A stretch of DNA of 64,000 bases from a virus. Position 1 is the first letter of the stretch. The number at the start of each line of letters is the position of its first letter. Position numbers and translations under genes: made by a program. Positions 55,660 to 64,000 of this stretch are shown here, piece by piece. The stretch covers positions 1 through 64,000 of IMG/VR virus record IMGVR_UViG_3300042449_001328, one strand, 5' to 3'. The notes below the pieces were generated by a model. That model had not been told where the DNA came from. It ran no database searches and saw only the letters and a list, made by a program, of their open reading frames with translations.

Positions 55660-56888
55660 ATTGTCTTTTTTATTAATACTTGGTAGTCTCTTACTAGGAT
55701 TTCTAGGTTTCCTTTGTTTTTATCTAAGAATTTATCGATGCCTGTTTTTGTTTCTTTGCTCTGACCATAGTCATCGAATAGCATGTATCCATTTAACCGC
55801 AAAACATTGAATGAAAATTCTGCGTCCATAAATACACCCTCCTCAGTGTGGTCGCCATCTACATAAACAAAGTCAAACAAGTATTGTGATAAGTAATTAT
55901 AAGCCTCTGAACTTTTTTTTCTTACAAGCTCTATTGGTTGCCCTTTTGTGTTTTTTATAAAACGCTCATATTGGCCTTTAAACATCTCATTATCTTTATG
56001 ATCTGGCAGATATATATCTGTCAAAGGGTCTACGCAAATGAGCCTACTGCCGTCAACATCTTTGTTCAGCAAACAATCACAAATGTGGTTTGAACTTAAT
56101 CCTTCAAAACAACCTATTTCTAAAGCCAGGTGTACTTTACCTTTTAGGAATTCAGTATTTTTCTTAAATTCACTGTTCCAAAGCTGAGTGTACTCATACC
56201 TACCTATCTCTAGGTAACTTATGATGTAATTCTCTGCATGATAATCTTCCACAAACTCCCCTGCTTTTACTTCATTAAAGTATTTACCGTCCCAACCCCA
56301 CACCTTGTAACCAAAATCATTTACTAGCTCAATGATTGGTTTGAAAGTAAATCCACCTACTTTATAGTGTTCACTGTATTCGATCTGGATGAACTTGACT
56401 TGTTTTTCTTTTAAAATTCTTTTAGCACCATCTATGACTAGTTTTTCAGCACCCTCTACATCTATCTTGATTATATCTATTTCAAGTACTTCAAAAATAT
56501 TATCAAGTGTTGAACTATGTATTGTCTTTCTTTTTCTATCCAAAATTTCCTTTTCCCATTTTTTATTATTTAGAATAGAAGACAGACCTGAATGTTTATT
56601 GTCCCAATGATAAAAATCAACTAATTCTTCTTTATCAGAAATAGCATTTGACCTAAATATGATATTGGGATTATAGCTATATTTTACTTCCTGATAGCTT
56701 CTTAACTTATCATTGGGCTCTACTGAAATAACATTATATTTCAACGCTTCAGTGGACGTATCTCTATAATCTATTAAAGCATCAAACCATTCGCCTTTAT
56801 GGCTGCCTACATCAACAATTAGCCAAAATGGATTAAAGTATTGTGTTAAACTGAGTACCATCTCAGCTTCTTGTTTAGCTATTGCCAT
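55656..56888 (-). CDS. Double methyltransferase (FkbM + Methyltransf_24 fusion)
   Basis: VDVGSHKG...KIDVEGAE, then LEIGCFEG...YVDGDH...FDDY. Confidence 0.85.
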   Translation of the reverse strand: MAIAKQEAEMVLSLTQYFNPFWLIVDVGSHKGEWFDALIDYRDTSTEALKYNVISVEPNDKLRSYQEVKYSYNPNIIFRSNAISDKEELVDFYHWDNKHSGLSSILNNKKWEKEILDRKRKTIHSSTLDNIFEVLEIDIIKIDVEGAEKLVIDGAKRILKEKQVKFIQIEYSEHYKVGGFTFKPIIELVNDFGYKVWGWDGKYFNEVKAGEFVEDYHAENYIISYLEIGRYEYTQLWNSEFKKNTEFLKGKVHLALEIGCFEGLSSNHICDCLLNKDVDGSRLICVDPLTDIYLPDHKDNEMFKGQYERFIKNTKGQPIELVRKKSSEAYNYLSQYLFDFVYVDGDHTEEGVFMDAEFSFNVLRLNGYMLFDDYGQSKETKTGIDKFLDKNKGNLEILVRDYQVLIKKTI

Positions 56889-57856
56889 TTATTTGCTTGA
56901 GATTTAATCCAATCGTAAGTCAACTTAATTCCTTCTTCAAGTGAGTATTTAGGTTTCCATCCTAACTCTTTTTCTATCAACGTGTTATCTGAGTTTCTGC
57001 CTCTAACACCTTGAGGTTTAGTTAAATCATTTGCTATTGAAAGATTTTTGCCGCTTATTTTGATAATAAGTTTAGCTAAATCGTTAATGGAGATAACTTC
57101 ATCGCTGCCTATGTTTATAGGTTCAGTAAAATTACTATTCATCAATCTTTCTACTCCCTCTAAGCACTCGCTAATAAAAAGAAAACTTCTCACTTGAGAA
57201 CCATCCCCCCATATTTCTATAGCATCCCCATTTTTTGCTTGTGCAACTTTACGTGCAATTGCAGCAGGAGCTTTTTCTTTTCCACCATCCCAAATCCCTT
57301 CATGTCCAAAAATATTATGAAAACGAGCAATTCTAACATCTAAATTATGTGATTGAGTTGCCGCTTTATACATTAATTCACTCATTAACTTCTGCCACCC
57401 ATAGATCAAGTCAGGCATTGCAGGGAACACATCGGATTCTTTTAAAGAAATGTTTTGCACCCCTTCTTGTAAATACATATTGTACACACAAGCGGAACTG
57501 CTATAAAATGATTTCTTTACTTTATGGGCAATACTGCAATCAATTACATTAGCAACAATCTGTGTTGATCCAGTCATAATATCATGACTGTGTTTAGTGT
57601 CACCTATATAACCCATTCCGCCCATCAAACAAGCTAGGTTGTAAACTTCATCTATCCCATTTTTTAAATGAAATGAATTAAACACTTCCCTACACTGTAG
57701 TTGGTTTCTCAAATCCCTATTGAAGAATAAATGAGGCTTTTCGTATTTAGGTTCAACTATATCAACGCCAACAACAAAGTGGCCTTGTTGCTTTAATTTC
57801 CTGACTAAGTGGCTGCCAATGAATCCAGAAGATCCTGTGACAATAATATTTTTCAT
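56879..57856 (-). CDS. GDP-mannose 3',5'-epimerase-like extended SDR
   Basis: TGSSGFIG, LAC.MGGMGYI, SSSACVY, YGWQK, RFHNIFG, GGKEKAPAA..RK, GVRGRNSDN. Confidence 0.88.
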   Translation of the reverse strand: MKNIIVTGSSGFIGSHLVRKLKQQGHFVVGVDIVEPKYEKPHLFFNRDLRNQLQCREVFNSFHLKNGIDEVYNLACLMGGMGYIGDTKHSHDIMTGSTQIVANVIDCSIAHKVKKSFYSSSACVYNMYLQEGVQNISLKESDVFPAMPDLIYGWQKLMSELMYKAATQSHNLDVRIARFHNIFGHEGIWDGGKEKAPAAIARKVAQAKNGDAIEIWGDGSQVRSFLFISECLEGVERLMNSNFTEPINIGSDEVISINDLAKLIIKISGKNLSIANDLTKPQGVRGRNSDNTLIEKELGWKPKYSLEEGIKLTYDWIKSQANKWQ

Positions 57857-57876
57857 ATCTGAACTTTTAATATTCG

Positions 57877-58617
57877 TTAAATTCTAATCCACTCTTTAGG
57901 GACAATCTCTTCCGTCCATTCATTACTGTGCGATTCTGTCAACCATCGTTTCGGCACTATCACTTTTTTATTTGGGTTTTGATTTAACCAAGCTCCCCAC
58001 CACGAGAATGTACTGGCACTGTTTATGTGATGCTCGCATTGGCTAATTTGCTGTAAGTCCGTTAACTCATTTTGCCTTACTGAAAAAGAGCAATCTTTTC
58101 TTCCTCCAAACTCTCTTTGACACCATTCTATGTCGTCACTAAAGAAGTAAAATTCTTTTCCTTTAAATAAATCCATTGCATTTTCATACCACTCTTTGGT
58201 GACTAGGGGATGTTTGTGTTGTAAAGTCAAATAATCGCCCCTCCTTACGTGAACTGATACAGTATCTTCTTGATGTTTGTTGTATTGAAATCCCAGTGTT
58301 TCAATTATTTCTTTCCTGTAATCTTGGAAGTATTTTGGGTTCTGGAAGTAGCCTCTCAATAAGATATTTTGACTTCTATATGATTGATCAAATGGTAACT
58401 TGTCGTATCTGTAATATTGCTGTTCAACGATTATTCGATCTATATCACTAAAGTTTGTTGTAGGCAATCCTCCCATACTGTAAATTGGATCGTGATATTG
58501 ATCATTTGTTACTCCAGGCAGATATACTGAAAAACCATGTTCTAATCCGTAAGCTATTGCTGTGGCTACACAAAACAACCAGTTTCCCAATCTGCCTTGC
58601 GGCTTAAATGTTACCAT
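57877..58617 (-). CDS. Glycosyltransferase family 11 (alpha-1,2-fucosyltransferase-like)
   Basis: GRLGN, GYFQ, HVRRGDY, FSDD..W, STFSWWGA. Confidence 0.9.
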   Translation of the reverse strand: MVTFKPQGRLGNWLFCVATAIAYGLEHGFSVYLPGVTNDQYHDPIYSMGGLPTTNFSDIDRIIVEQQYYRYDKLPFDQSYRSQNILLRGYFQNPKYFQDYRKEIIETLGFQYNKHQEDTVSVHVRRGDYLTLQHKHPLVTKEWYENAMDLFKGKEFYFFSDDIEWCQREFGGRKDCSFSVRQNELTDLQQISQCEHHINSASTFSWWGAWLNQNPNKKVIVPKRWLTESHSNEWTEEIVPKEWIRI

Positions 58618-58844
58618 TACAATTCTACGTTAAATACTTTAAGATTTGTAAATTGTCCGCCAGAAGCTACCCAATATCCTTGTACCATAATTGGGGTTGA
58701 CCAATTGTTGATTATAGTATTTGTTAACAAGGTGTATTCCTTCCACTCAGGTATCAATTTGCTGATCTTTTCAATAAACTCTCCAAGATTAACTTCTCCT
58801 TCTATCTTGATTGTTTTAGCTGTGTCGTTAATTTGTAGTTTCAC
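58617..58844 (-). CDS. Hypothetical protein
   Basis: 75 aa. Confidence 0.55.
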   Translation of the reverse strand: MKLQINDTAKTIKIEGEVNLGEFIEKISKLIPEWKEYTLLTNTIINNWSTPIMVQGYWVASGGQFTNLKVFNVEL

Positions 58845-58847
58845 GTC

Positions 58848-59546
58848 TTATTTCATTTCTCTAATTTTGCCCATCAATACTTCAAATAAATTACCTGTCT
58901 TATGTACATTGTTCTTATAGTGAGACCCTGAATGAACAAGGTGGTCATATCTCATGTTTGGCACAACGTATATTGAATTTCCTGCTTTTAGCCAATTATA
59001 ATTTTGGAGTATCGTATCACTGGTATGAGGATCAATTGATCCATCCCACACGCGCAAATATTCGTCACGGTTGACAAAATAGTTCATGGCATTGATCATC
59101 CACAAGAAAGGTTTTATATCAGTGTAATTGGCCACGTTGTATTTTGAAATCACTTGACCTGACATTTGCCTGAAATCAAACAATGGTCTAGCAAATTCAG
59201 GTTGTAAGATTACTGATTTGTCCCATACTGGAGTCCTGTATATTGCATCTAAGTAATCAGTACCTATTTTATTGTCACTGTCCAAAATAATTACCCATTT
59301 GTTTTCTGCTTTTGAAATTGCTTCTCTCTTGTTCTTGTAGCAATCTAGGTTTTTATCGTTGCGATATAACTTGATCTTGTTTAGGTTTATAGCTTCCAAC
59401 TTAGCTTGTAAGCTGTAAAAATTTTCTAAAGCACTGTGGTCATCAACTATTACTATTTCTGAAATCCTTTCATCGTACATTACGTCTTCAATGGCATTTA
59501 TAACCATATCGGTACGATTCCATACAGTTAGGCAAAGTGAAATCAT
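58848..59546 (-). CDS. Glycosyltransferase family 2 (GT-A)
   Basis: ISLCLTVWNR, EIVIVDDHS, ILDSDN. Confidence 0.85.
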   Translation of the reverse strand: MISLCLTVWNRTDMVINAIEDVMYDERISEIVIVDDHSALENFYSLQAKLEAINLNKIKLYRNDKNLDCYKNKREAISKAENKWVIILDSDNKIGTDYLDAIYRTPVWDKSVILQPEFARPLFDFRQMSGQVISKYNVANYTDIKPFLWMINAMNYFVNRDEYLRVWDGSIDPHTSDTILQNYNWLKAGNSIYVVPNMRYDHLVHSGSHYKNNVHKTGNLFEVLMGKIREMK

Positions 59547-59944
59547 TTCTTAAATAGATTAACAATATTTTCTGTTCCTACTGGATTCATAGAATGTACA
59601 AATAACACAGGGTATTCCAGCTTTTCTTGGTCATAAACTTGTTTAAAGTATTTAGCAGCATGAAAACCTGTTTTATTAAAATCATCAGAATTGAAGTCTT
59701 CTGAGTTGTAATTAATTACTCCTTTCTGCATATTTTTATGATAGTGTCCATCTGCTAAGTCATGATCAAAAGATATATGAGTTATTTTACCTTTGAACTT
59801 ATCAATCACTTTAACAAATTCTGGATAGTTTCTTACTACATTCCAATCATAATCAAGGTAAGTATAAGTAAGTTTTCCTATTCTTTTTCCCATATATTCA
59901 ATACAATCAGTAGGAATGCGTATATCATCTAAGAAAATTTTCAT
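59543..59944 (-). CDS. Cyclic-phosphate-processing receiver-like domain protein
   Basis: IFLDDIR, ISFDHDL, KTG, VHSMNPVG motifs. Confidence 0.75.
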   Translation of the reverse strand: MKIFLDDIRIPTDCIEYMGKRIGKLTYTYLDYDWNVVRNYPEFVKVIDKFKGKITHISFDHDLADGHYHKNMQKGVINYNSEDFNSDDFNKTGFHAAKYFKQVYDQEKLEYPVLFVHSMNPVGTENIVNLFKK

Positions 59945-60708
59945 ATATCTATTTGTATCCAGTTATCTTCAACTATATCTTCTGCTGTCAAATGTTCTTT
60001 ATATTTGTCACTGAACCAAGTGTGCTTACTGGGGCATATTACTGTACCTCCGTATCTTGAATGTGTGTTAAGGTCTAGGTAAGCACCCCACCAACTAAAA
60101 GTGCTGTTAGTTATGATGTGGTGAATACACGAAGTCATTTCTGTTAACGCTGATTTGGGGTCTTGTTTGTCACTTATTGTAAACCTATCTCCTTTGAAGT
60201 TTTCTTTTGCCCAAACAATATCGTCTGTAAAAATCAATACTTTATATCTATCTGGGAAATGCTCAATAGCATCATGAAAATACTTTAATGAAGGTTGATT
60301 TAATCTCTCATTGGAAAGTGAATCGCCACGCCTAATGTGCATTGATATTGTCTCATTCAATCTTTGTTCGTACTTAGGTAGTTGAAATGCTTCAATTACT
60401 TTAACCAGATAATCTTCAAAATATTTTGAAGACTGAAAGTATCCAACTAGGTAATTTGCAGATTGAGGTATCTCAAAATACCTGCCAAATTTTTCTTCTC
60501 TATAAAAGCCGTTTATTGGCAAAGGGTATTCATGCAAGGTAGATAAGTGAGGGAACATCATTGGGAATTGATCTCTCTTACCACTTCTTTGAGGAAACAC
60601 ATATTGCTTTTTATGTCTCAACGAATGAGCTATCACTGCTGCGATCTGGAACATTTGGTTGCCCATTTGCCCCATCAACTTGCAGTAAATCGTGTTTTCT
60701 TTAATCAC
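59941..60708 (-). CDS. Glycosyltransferase family 11 (second copy)
   Basis: GQMGNQMFQ, GYFQS, HIRRGD, FTDD..W, NSTFSWWGAYL. Confidence 0.9.
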   Translation of the reverse strand: MIKENTIYCKLMGQMGNQMFQIAAVIAHSLRHKKQYVFPQRSGKRDQFPMMFPHLSTLHEYPLPINGFYREEKFGRYFEIPQSANYLVGYFQSSKYFEDYLVKVIEAFQLPKYEQRLNETISMHIRRGDSLSNERLNQPSLKYFHDAIEHFPDRYKVLIFTDDIVWAKENFKGDRFTISDKQDPKSALTEMTSCIHHIITNSTFSWWGAYLDLNTHSRYGGTVICPSKHTWFSDKYKEHLTAEDIVEDNWIQIDI

Positions 60709-60754
60709 GCAGTAAAATTAATAAAATTTTTTATAATTGAAAATTTTATTTTTG

Positions 60755-60878
60755 TTGACCAGATAGGAGTCGAACCTATAATGAGGCGGTTGTTAGGCAA
60801 TAAGCCGAGCAGTGCTATTTTAAAACGCTTACTCTATTACTAACTTACCACTGTGTTTGCCAGTTTCACCACTAGTCA
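60755..60878 (-). ncRNA. tRNA-like RNA with a greatly extended anticodon arm
   Basis: Acceptor TGACTAG/CTGGTCA, D arm GTG-AAACTGGCAAA-CAC, T arm ATAGG-TTCGACT-CCTAT; about 66 nt hairpin in place of the anticodon arm. Confidence 0.7.
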
Positions 60879-60885
60879 ATTTTTG

Positions 60886-61300
60886 TGGACCTGAGCGGAT
60901 TCGAACCGCTGTCCAGATAGCATACAATACCACGATTACTTACAGCTTGTTTGGTTTAAGTCCAACAACTCACTTTTAGGGCTACCAGCAGTTTTTCAAC
61001 TACCTACAACCTCCACCATTCGATTGCCATTACTTCTTTTGTGTCATATCGAAAATCCCCTTTGTTTTACTCATTAAGCAGCAAGCTCTAATTCTTGCTC
61101 TGCTTCAACTCTATTAAAGTTAAAGGCTGAGAAATCAAAACCTACTTTTGCATCTTGACGATTGCCAATAGTACCACCTAGGATACTGTTAGCGATTAAT
61201 TGATTGTCAATTGTTTGTGTATGCATATTTTCAGTAGGTACAGCATACTTCCCTACGCTGATTGTGTTACCAATTACTACTGTCAATTCCTGTCAGGCCC
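60886..61300 (-). ncRNA. ssrA: tmRNA
   Basis: 5' GGGCCTGACAGGAATTGACAG; 3' AGCGGTTCGAATCCGCTCAGGTCCA with a G3:U wobble; internal tag frame ending ...ELELAA-TAA-TGA. Confidence 0.9.
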
Positions 61301-61382
61301 ATTTATTTTAAAGAACGTTTTTCTATTTTAGTCGTTTATTGAGGACATAAAATTACTACTTATCGATCAAATAAAAAAATTT

Positions 61383-62006
61383 TTAACTATTTATTTTTAC
61401 ACTGTTTGCTCTATTCAGCCAGCCTTCCAAAAACCTTGATTGAGTACTGTCTTTCTTGACCAATTGTTGATAGAATTCATATCTGTCTTTTTTTAACCTA
61501 TCTAACAATGTTTTGCTAGGGATTTTGTTTATTGTCTCAATATCCTCAACTGTTATCTTATTGTCCAATTTAAGCCCCTTCAATTCAAACAATGCTTTCT
61601 CCAACATCTTGACAAATAATGTTGGTCCGTTGACCCTAAAGTCAAAAAGATAATCTGCTACTTGTTGATTGTCTAGTTCATACCACCCTTCTTTCACCCA
61701 AATGTCAAGATAATAATCAAGTACCCAAAATTCAGCCTCTGGAACTAGGTCATGCCTTTCTCTTTTGCTTTTGTCTATGTGTCTCCAGCCGTACCAATCT
61801 TTGTTCCATTTCTTTGTTATGCCAGCATAGGTCTCACCCCCTCTATCAAGTGGGTCGTTTACGTAGTTGCCTTCATAAGACCTTATGTAAGAGTATGTCA
61901 ATCTAAAATCTGCCTTATATCTCTTTAATTCATTTTTTGAAACTAAAACATTGTTTGCTTTAATAGCGACTATTAAAAACAGTATAGTTAGTATTAGTTT
62001 TTTCAT
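61383..62006 (-). CDS. Endolysin, glycoside hydrolase family 108 with a peptidoglycan-binding C-terminus and N-terminal signal sequence
   Basis: EGNYVNDPLDRGGETYAGIT; FLEGWLNR. Confidence 0.88.
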   Translation of the reverse strand: MKKLILTILFLIVAIKANNVLVSKNELKRYKADFRLTYSYIRSYEGNYVNDPLDRGGETYAGITKKWNKDWYGWRHIDKSKRERHDLVPEAEFWVLDYYLDIWVKEGWYELDNQQVADYLFDFRVNGPTLFVKMLEKALFELKGLKLDNKITVEDIETINKIPSKTLLDRLKKDRYEFYQQLVKKDSTQSRFLEGWLNRANSVKINS

Positions 62007-62019
62007 TTAATGTTTTTAG

Positions 62020-62092
62020 ATCCGATGGACGGGTTCGAACCGACAACCTTCTGCTTACAAGGCAGTAGCTCTTCCACATGAGCTTCATCGGA
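62020..62092 (-). tRNA. tRNA-Thr(UGU), slightly atypical
   Basis: TCCGATG/CATCGGA acceptor, GCTC/GAGC D stem, CTGC-CTTGTAA-GCAG, GTCGG-TTCGAAC-CCGTC; CCA not encoded. Confidence 0.8.
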
Positions 62093-62101
62093 TTGTGGCT
62101 A

Positions 62102-62137
62102 AAAAATAAGAGGCTTAAACTTTCGTTTAAACCTCTC
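62102..62137 (-). terminator. Probable terminator hairpin
   Basis: GAGGCTTAAAC-TTTC-GTTTAAACCTC hairpin followed by a T-run on the minus strand. Confidence 0.5.
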
Positions 62138-62162
62138 AAAACACAACACACATTTGTCTTGC

Positions 62163-62363
62163 TTATCGAGATAAGACGCTAAGTCTACCTGTAAAATTAC
62201 CTCCTATGTTCCTAATGTCCCGCTTCACTTCAAAATCATTTCCTTTCTTCTCCACTTCCCAGCTCTCTAAAGATGTTTCTACATTTAATGAATCCAGCTT
62301 CTCCTCAAATAAGGAGTTTGGTTTACTAAGGTTTTCATTTGTTTCTTTTTCAACGCTGTTCAT
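62163..62363 (-). CDS. Hypothetical protein
   Basis: 66 aa with an upstream promoter-like motif. Confidence 0.55.
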   Translation of the reverse strand: MNSVEKETNENLSKPNSLFEEKLDSLNVETSLESWEVEKKGNDFEVKRDIRNIGGNFTGRLSVLSR

Positions 62364-62404
62364 AACAGCAGTAAAATTACTAATTTTTTATAAATTGTCA
62401 AAAT

Positions 62405-62749
62405 TTAATTTCTTTGCCATCCGTTTATAAATCCTCCTAAATGTTTCCTGACTACCCCTATTTCGTCTGATAGACAATACTTGTTGCTTCTATTGAATAC
62501 AGATATAAATTTTTTAGGGTCAGGATGATTTTCCAATATCTCCCTTATGGTTTTATCTTTGAACTTATTTATGTTTGCGTTGTTCAACAAGTCCTCTGGA
62601 TATATATCGTCTTCGTAAATAATTGTCATCCCACTATTATAAAGTAAATACACCAGCCGATTATTTCTATTACAGTTGAAACAAATATACCTGACACGAC
62701 AGGATAATGCCATTTGTATTTTAATGTGAGATCGTCTCTCCAGAGCCAA
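62405..62749 (-). CDS. Hypothetical protein (start probably internal, MTIIYEDD)
   Basis: ORF track. Confidence 0.45.
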   Translation of the reverse strand: MALERRSHIKIQMALSCRVRYICFNCNRNNRLVYLLYNSGMTIIYEDDIYPEDLLNNANINKFKDKTIREILENHPDPKKFISVFNRSNKYCLSDEIGVVRKHLGGFINGWQRN

Positions 62750-62805
62750 ATTATTAAAAAAATTGTAATTGCCAAAACATACAATGCTATGTGTCTCATG
62801 TTTTT

Positions 62806-63009
62806 TTAATTTTGGGTTAACTTTTCATCTGAAAACGATACCACGCACTTAAATTCCCCATCAAGTTCTTCGTACAGTGTTTTGATTTGCTGACGTGTAA
62901 ACATCCTGTCCTCTGGCTGTTCAATGCTAGCTTGGGGTATCTCCATCTCGTACCAATATGATTGAATTCCTACGCTAAGGTCCCCTGAAAAATAGATGTA
63001 TGCTTTCAT
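62806..63009 (-). CDS. Hypothetical protein
   Basis: 67 aa in a coupled small-ORF run. Confidence 0.6.
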   Translation of the reverse strand: MKAYIYFSGDLSVGIQSYWYEMEIPQASIEQPEDRMFTRQQIKTLYEELDGEFKCVVSFSDEKLTQN

Positions 63010-63200
63010 CTTGTTGGCATTTTAAAATCCTTCAAACTTAATCCTTTTGTGATACTCCACAAAGTAAATCTTGATTTATTACTTCTGAACAATGCAATGG
63101 ATTCATTTGCATCTTGCAATGTCTCTTTTTCAAATGAAATGAAATCCTTGTATTCCCCTTGTGGGGAATTAGGATTGTGGTAGGTGTATATTTTGGTCAT
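63006..63200 (-). CDS. Hypothetical protein
   Basis: 64 aa in a coupled small-ORF run. Confidence 0.55.
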   Translation of the reverse strand: MTKIYTYHNPNSPQGEYKDFISFEKETLQDANESIALFRSNKSRFTLWSITKGLSLKDFKMPTR

Positions 63201-63423
63201 TGTGTGTTTTAGTTTTCTTGTTCTTAAATAAATTACTGTACTGTAGTTCTCCGTTCTTGACTACCTTAAATCTAGTGTGCAGACTAATCGGTCTTAGGAA
63301 TTCTATTTTTCTTTTCTCAGCATAGCACATGGCTTTTGGTTTATTGGTCATGTGTGTCTGATGCTTTATGAAAGTTCTGGCTCGGTGATCAAACCAGAAC
63401 TCTACTAGGTCATGGAGTTGCAT
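63169..63423 (-). CDS. Hypothetical protein
   Basis: 84 aa. Confidence 0.55.
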   Translation of the reverse strand: MQLHDLVEFWFDHRARTFIKHQTHMTNKPKAMCYAEKRKIEFLRPISLHTRFKVVKNGELQYSNLFKNKKTKTHNDQNIHLPQS

Positions 63424-63424
63424 T

Positions 63425-63664
63425 TTATTCCACTCTTTTTATTTGGCCTAGGCTATCTGCATTATCACGATTAAAATGCAATTGGATTCTTTCTCCAACT
63501 TTGAGGTCAAGAACTCTATCAAGATGTTCTTGCAAAGCATACTTCCATTCATCATTTGAATCTTCCAATATCTCAGACAAGGAGGGGAATTGTGTAACGG
63601 CAGCAGTGCCTTCAATAAAGGCTACTACATACTTTCTTTTAGATGGCAAATGTGTGTTTTTCAT
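63425..63664 (-). CDS. Hypothetical protein
   Basis: 79 aa. Confidence 0.6.
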   Translation of the reverse strand: MKNTHLPSKRKYVVAFIEGTAAVTQFPSLSEILEDSNDEWKYALQEHLDRVLDLKVGERIQLHFNRDNADSLGQIKRVE

Positions 63665-63801
63665 TTTTGTGTGTGTTTAATTATGGTATAAATATATAAT
63701 CTATTTCCTGTATCAGAAAACATTTTACTGTATTTATTTTCATTAAATACGTAACTACTTGATAATCAATTCAATTGATTTTACTAAGGTTTTTAGTAAT
63801 T

Positions 63802-63999
63802 CTAAGTGATCTGCAATGGCTGCGAGAATCTAGCTACTTGACCGTGGGCAAACCAGTTAGCGTTGCATTCAGTGTTCTTTATGAATTTACCATCCCTATC
63901 AACCAATTGTTTAGTCCAAGACAAATAGTGGAAAAGCTCGTGCGACAATATGTAGACAGACGCTTCCTCTACGCTATCGTACTTCCAAGATACCTTCAA
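63802..63999 (-). CDS. 3' part of a HExxH zincin-like protein entering from the window edge
   Basis: ILSHELFHY...TE..AN.FA. Confidence 0.6.
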   Translation of the reverse strand: MKVSWKYDSVEEASVYILSHELFHYLSWTKQLVDRDGKFIKNTECNANWFAHGQVARFSQPLQIT

Positions 64000-64000
64000 A

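Noticed and set aside
61074-61286. 70-aa protein-coding gene
   Set aside because: Lies within the tmRNA; only its 3' part is the tag reading frame.
11819-62430. Numerous plus-strand ORFs of 60-177 aa in the ORF track
   Set aside because: They are antisense shadows of long, motif-bearing minus-strand genes and have no recognisable features.
44300-64000. Missing portal and terminase upstream of the prohead protease
   Set aside because: Not recognised in this window, but likely encoded elsewhere in a larger genome; absence here is not evidence of loss.

Overview
Window from a large, AT-rich, contractile-tailed (myovirus-type) bacteriophage genome, almost entirely coded on the minus strand. The head/tail module is Herelleviridae (SPO1/Twort)-like, and the host is probably a Bacteroidota (inferred from promoter-like and tmRNA features). 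Reading in transcription order (right to left): small early-type ORFs, tRNA-Thr, GH108 endolysin, a tmRNA plus an aberrant tRNA-like RNA, a ~9 kb glycan synthesis/methylation cluster, large polyvalent (Nudix/GNAT/zincin) head-associated proteins, prohead protease, scaffold, major capsid, neck, sheath, tube, tape measure, baseplate and fibre genes, then helicase and primase. The main finding lies downstream of the primase (about 184-6224): a tyrosine recombinase next to an array of about 13 complete or partial attC-like hairpin sites. These delimit small cassettes whose own ends are complementary, the signature of integron-type shuffling. The integrase lacks the IntI-specific insertion, the ORFs run opposite to the canonical cassette direction, and several start inside, or lie wholly within, the hairpin loops. 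This looks like a phage-borne, non-canonical integron-like gene-shuffling system. All calls are by eye from motifs; no database searches were run.
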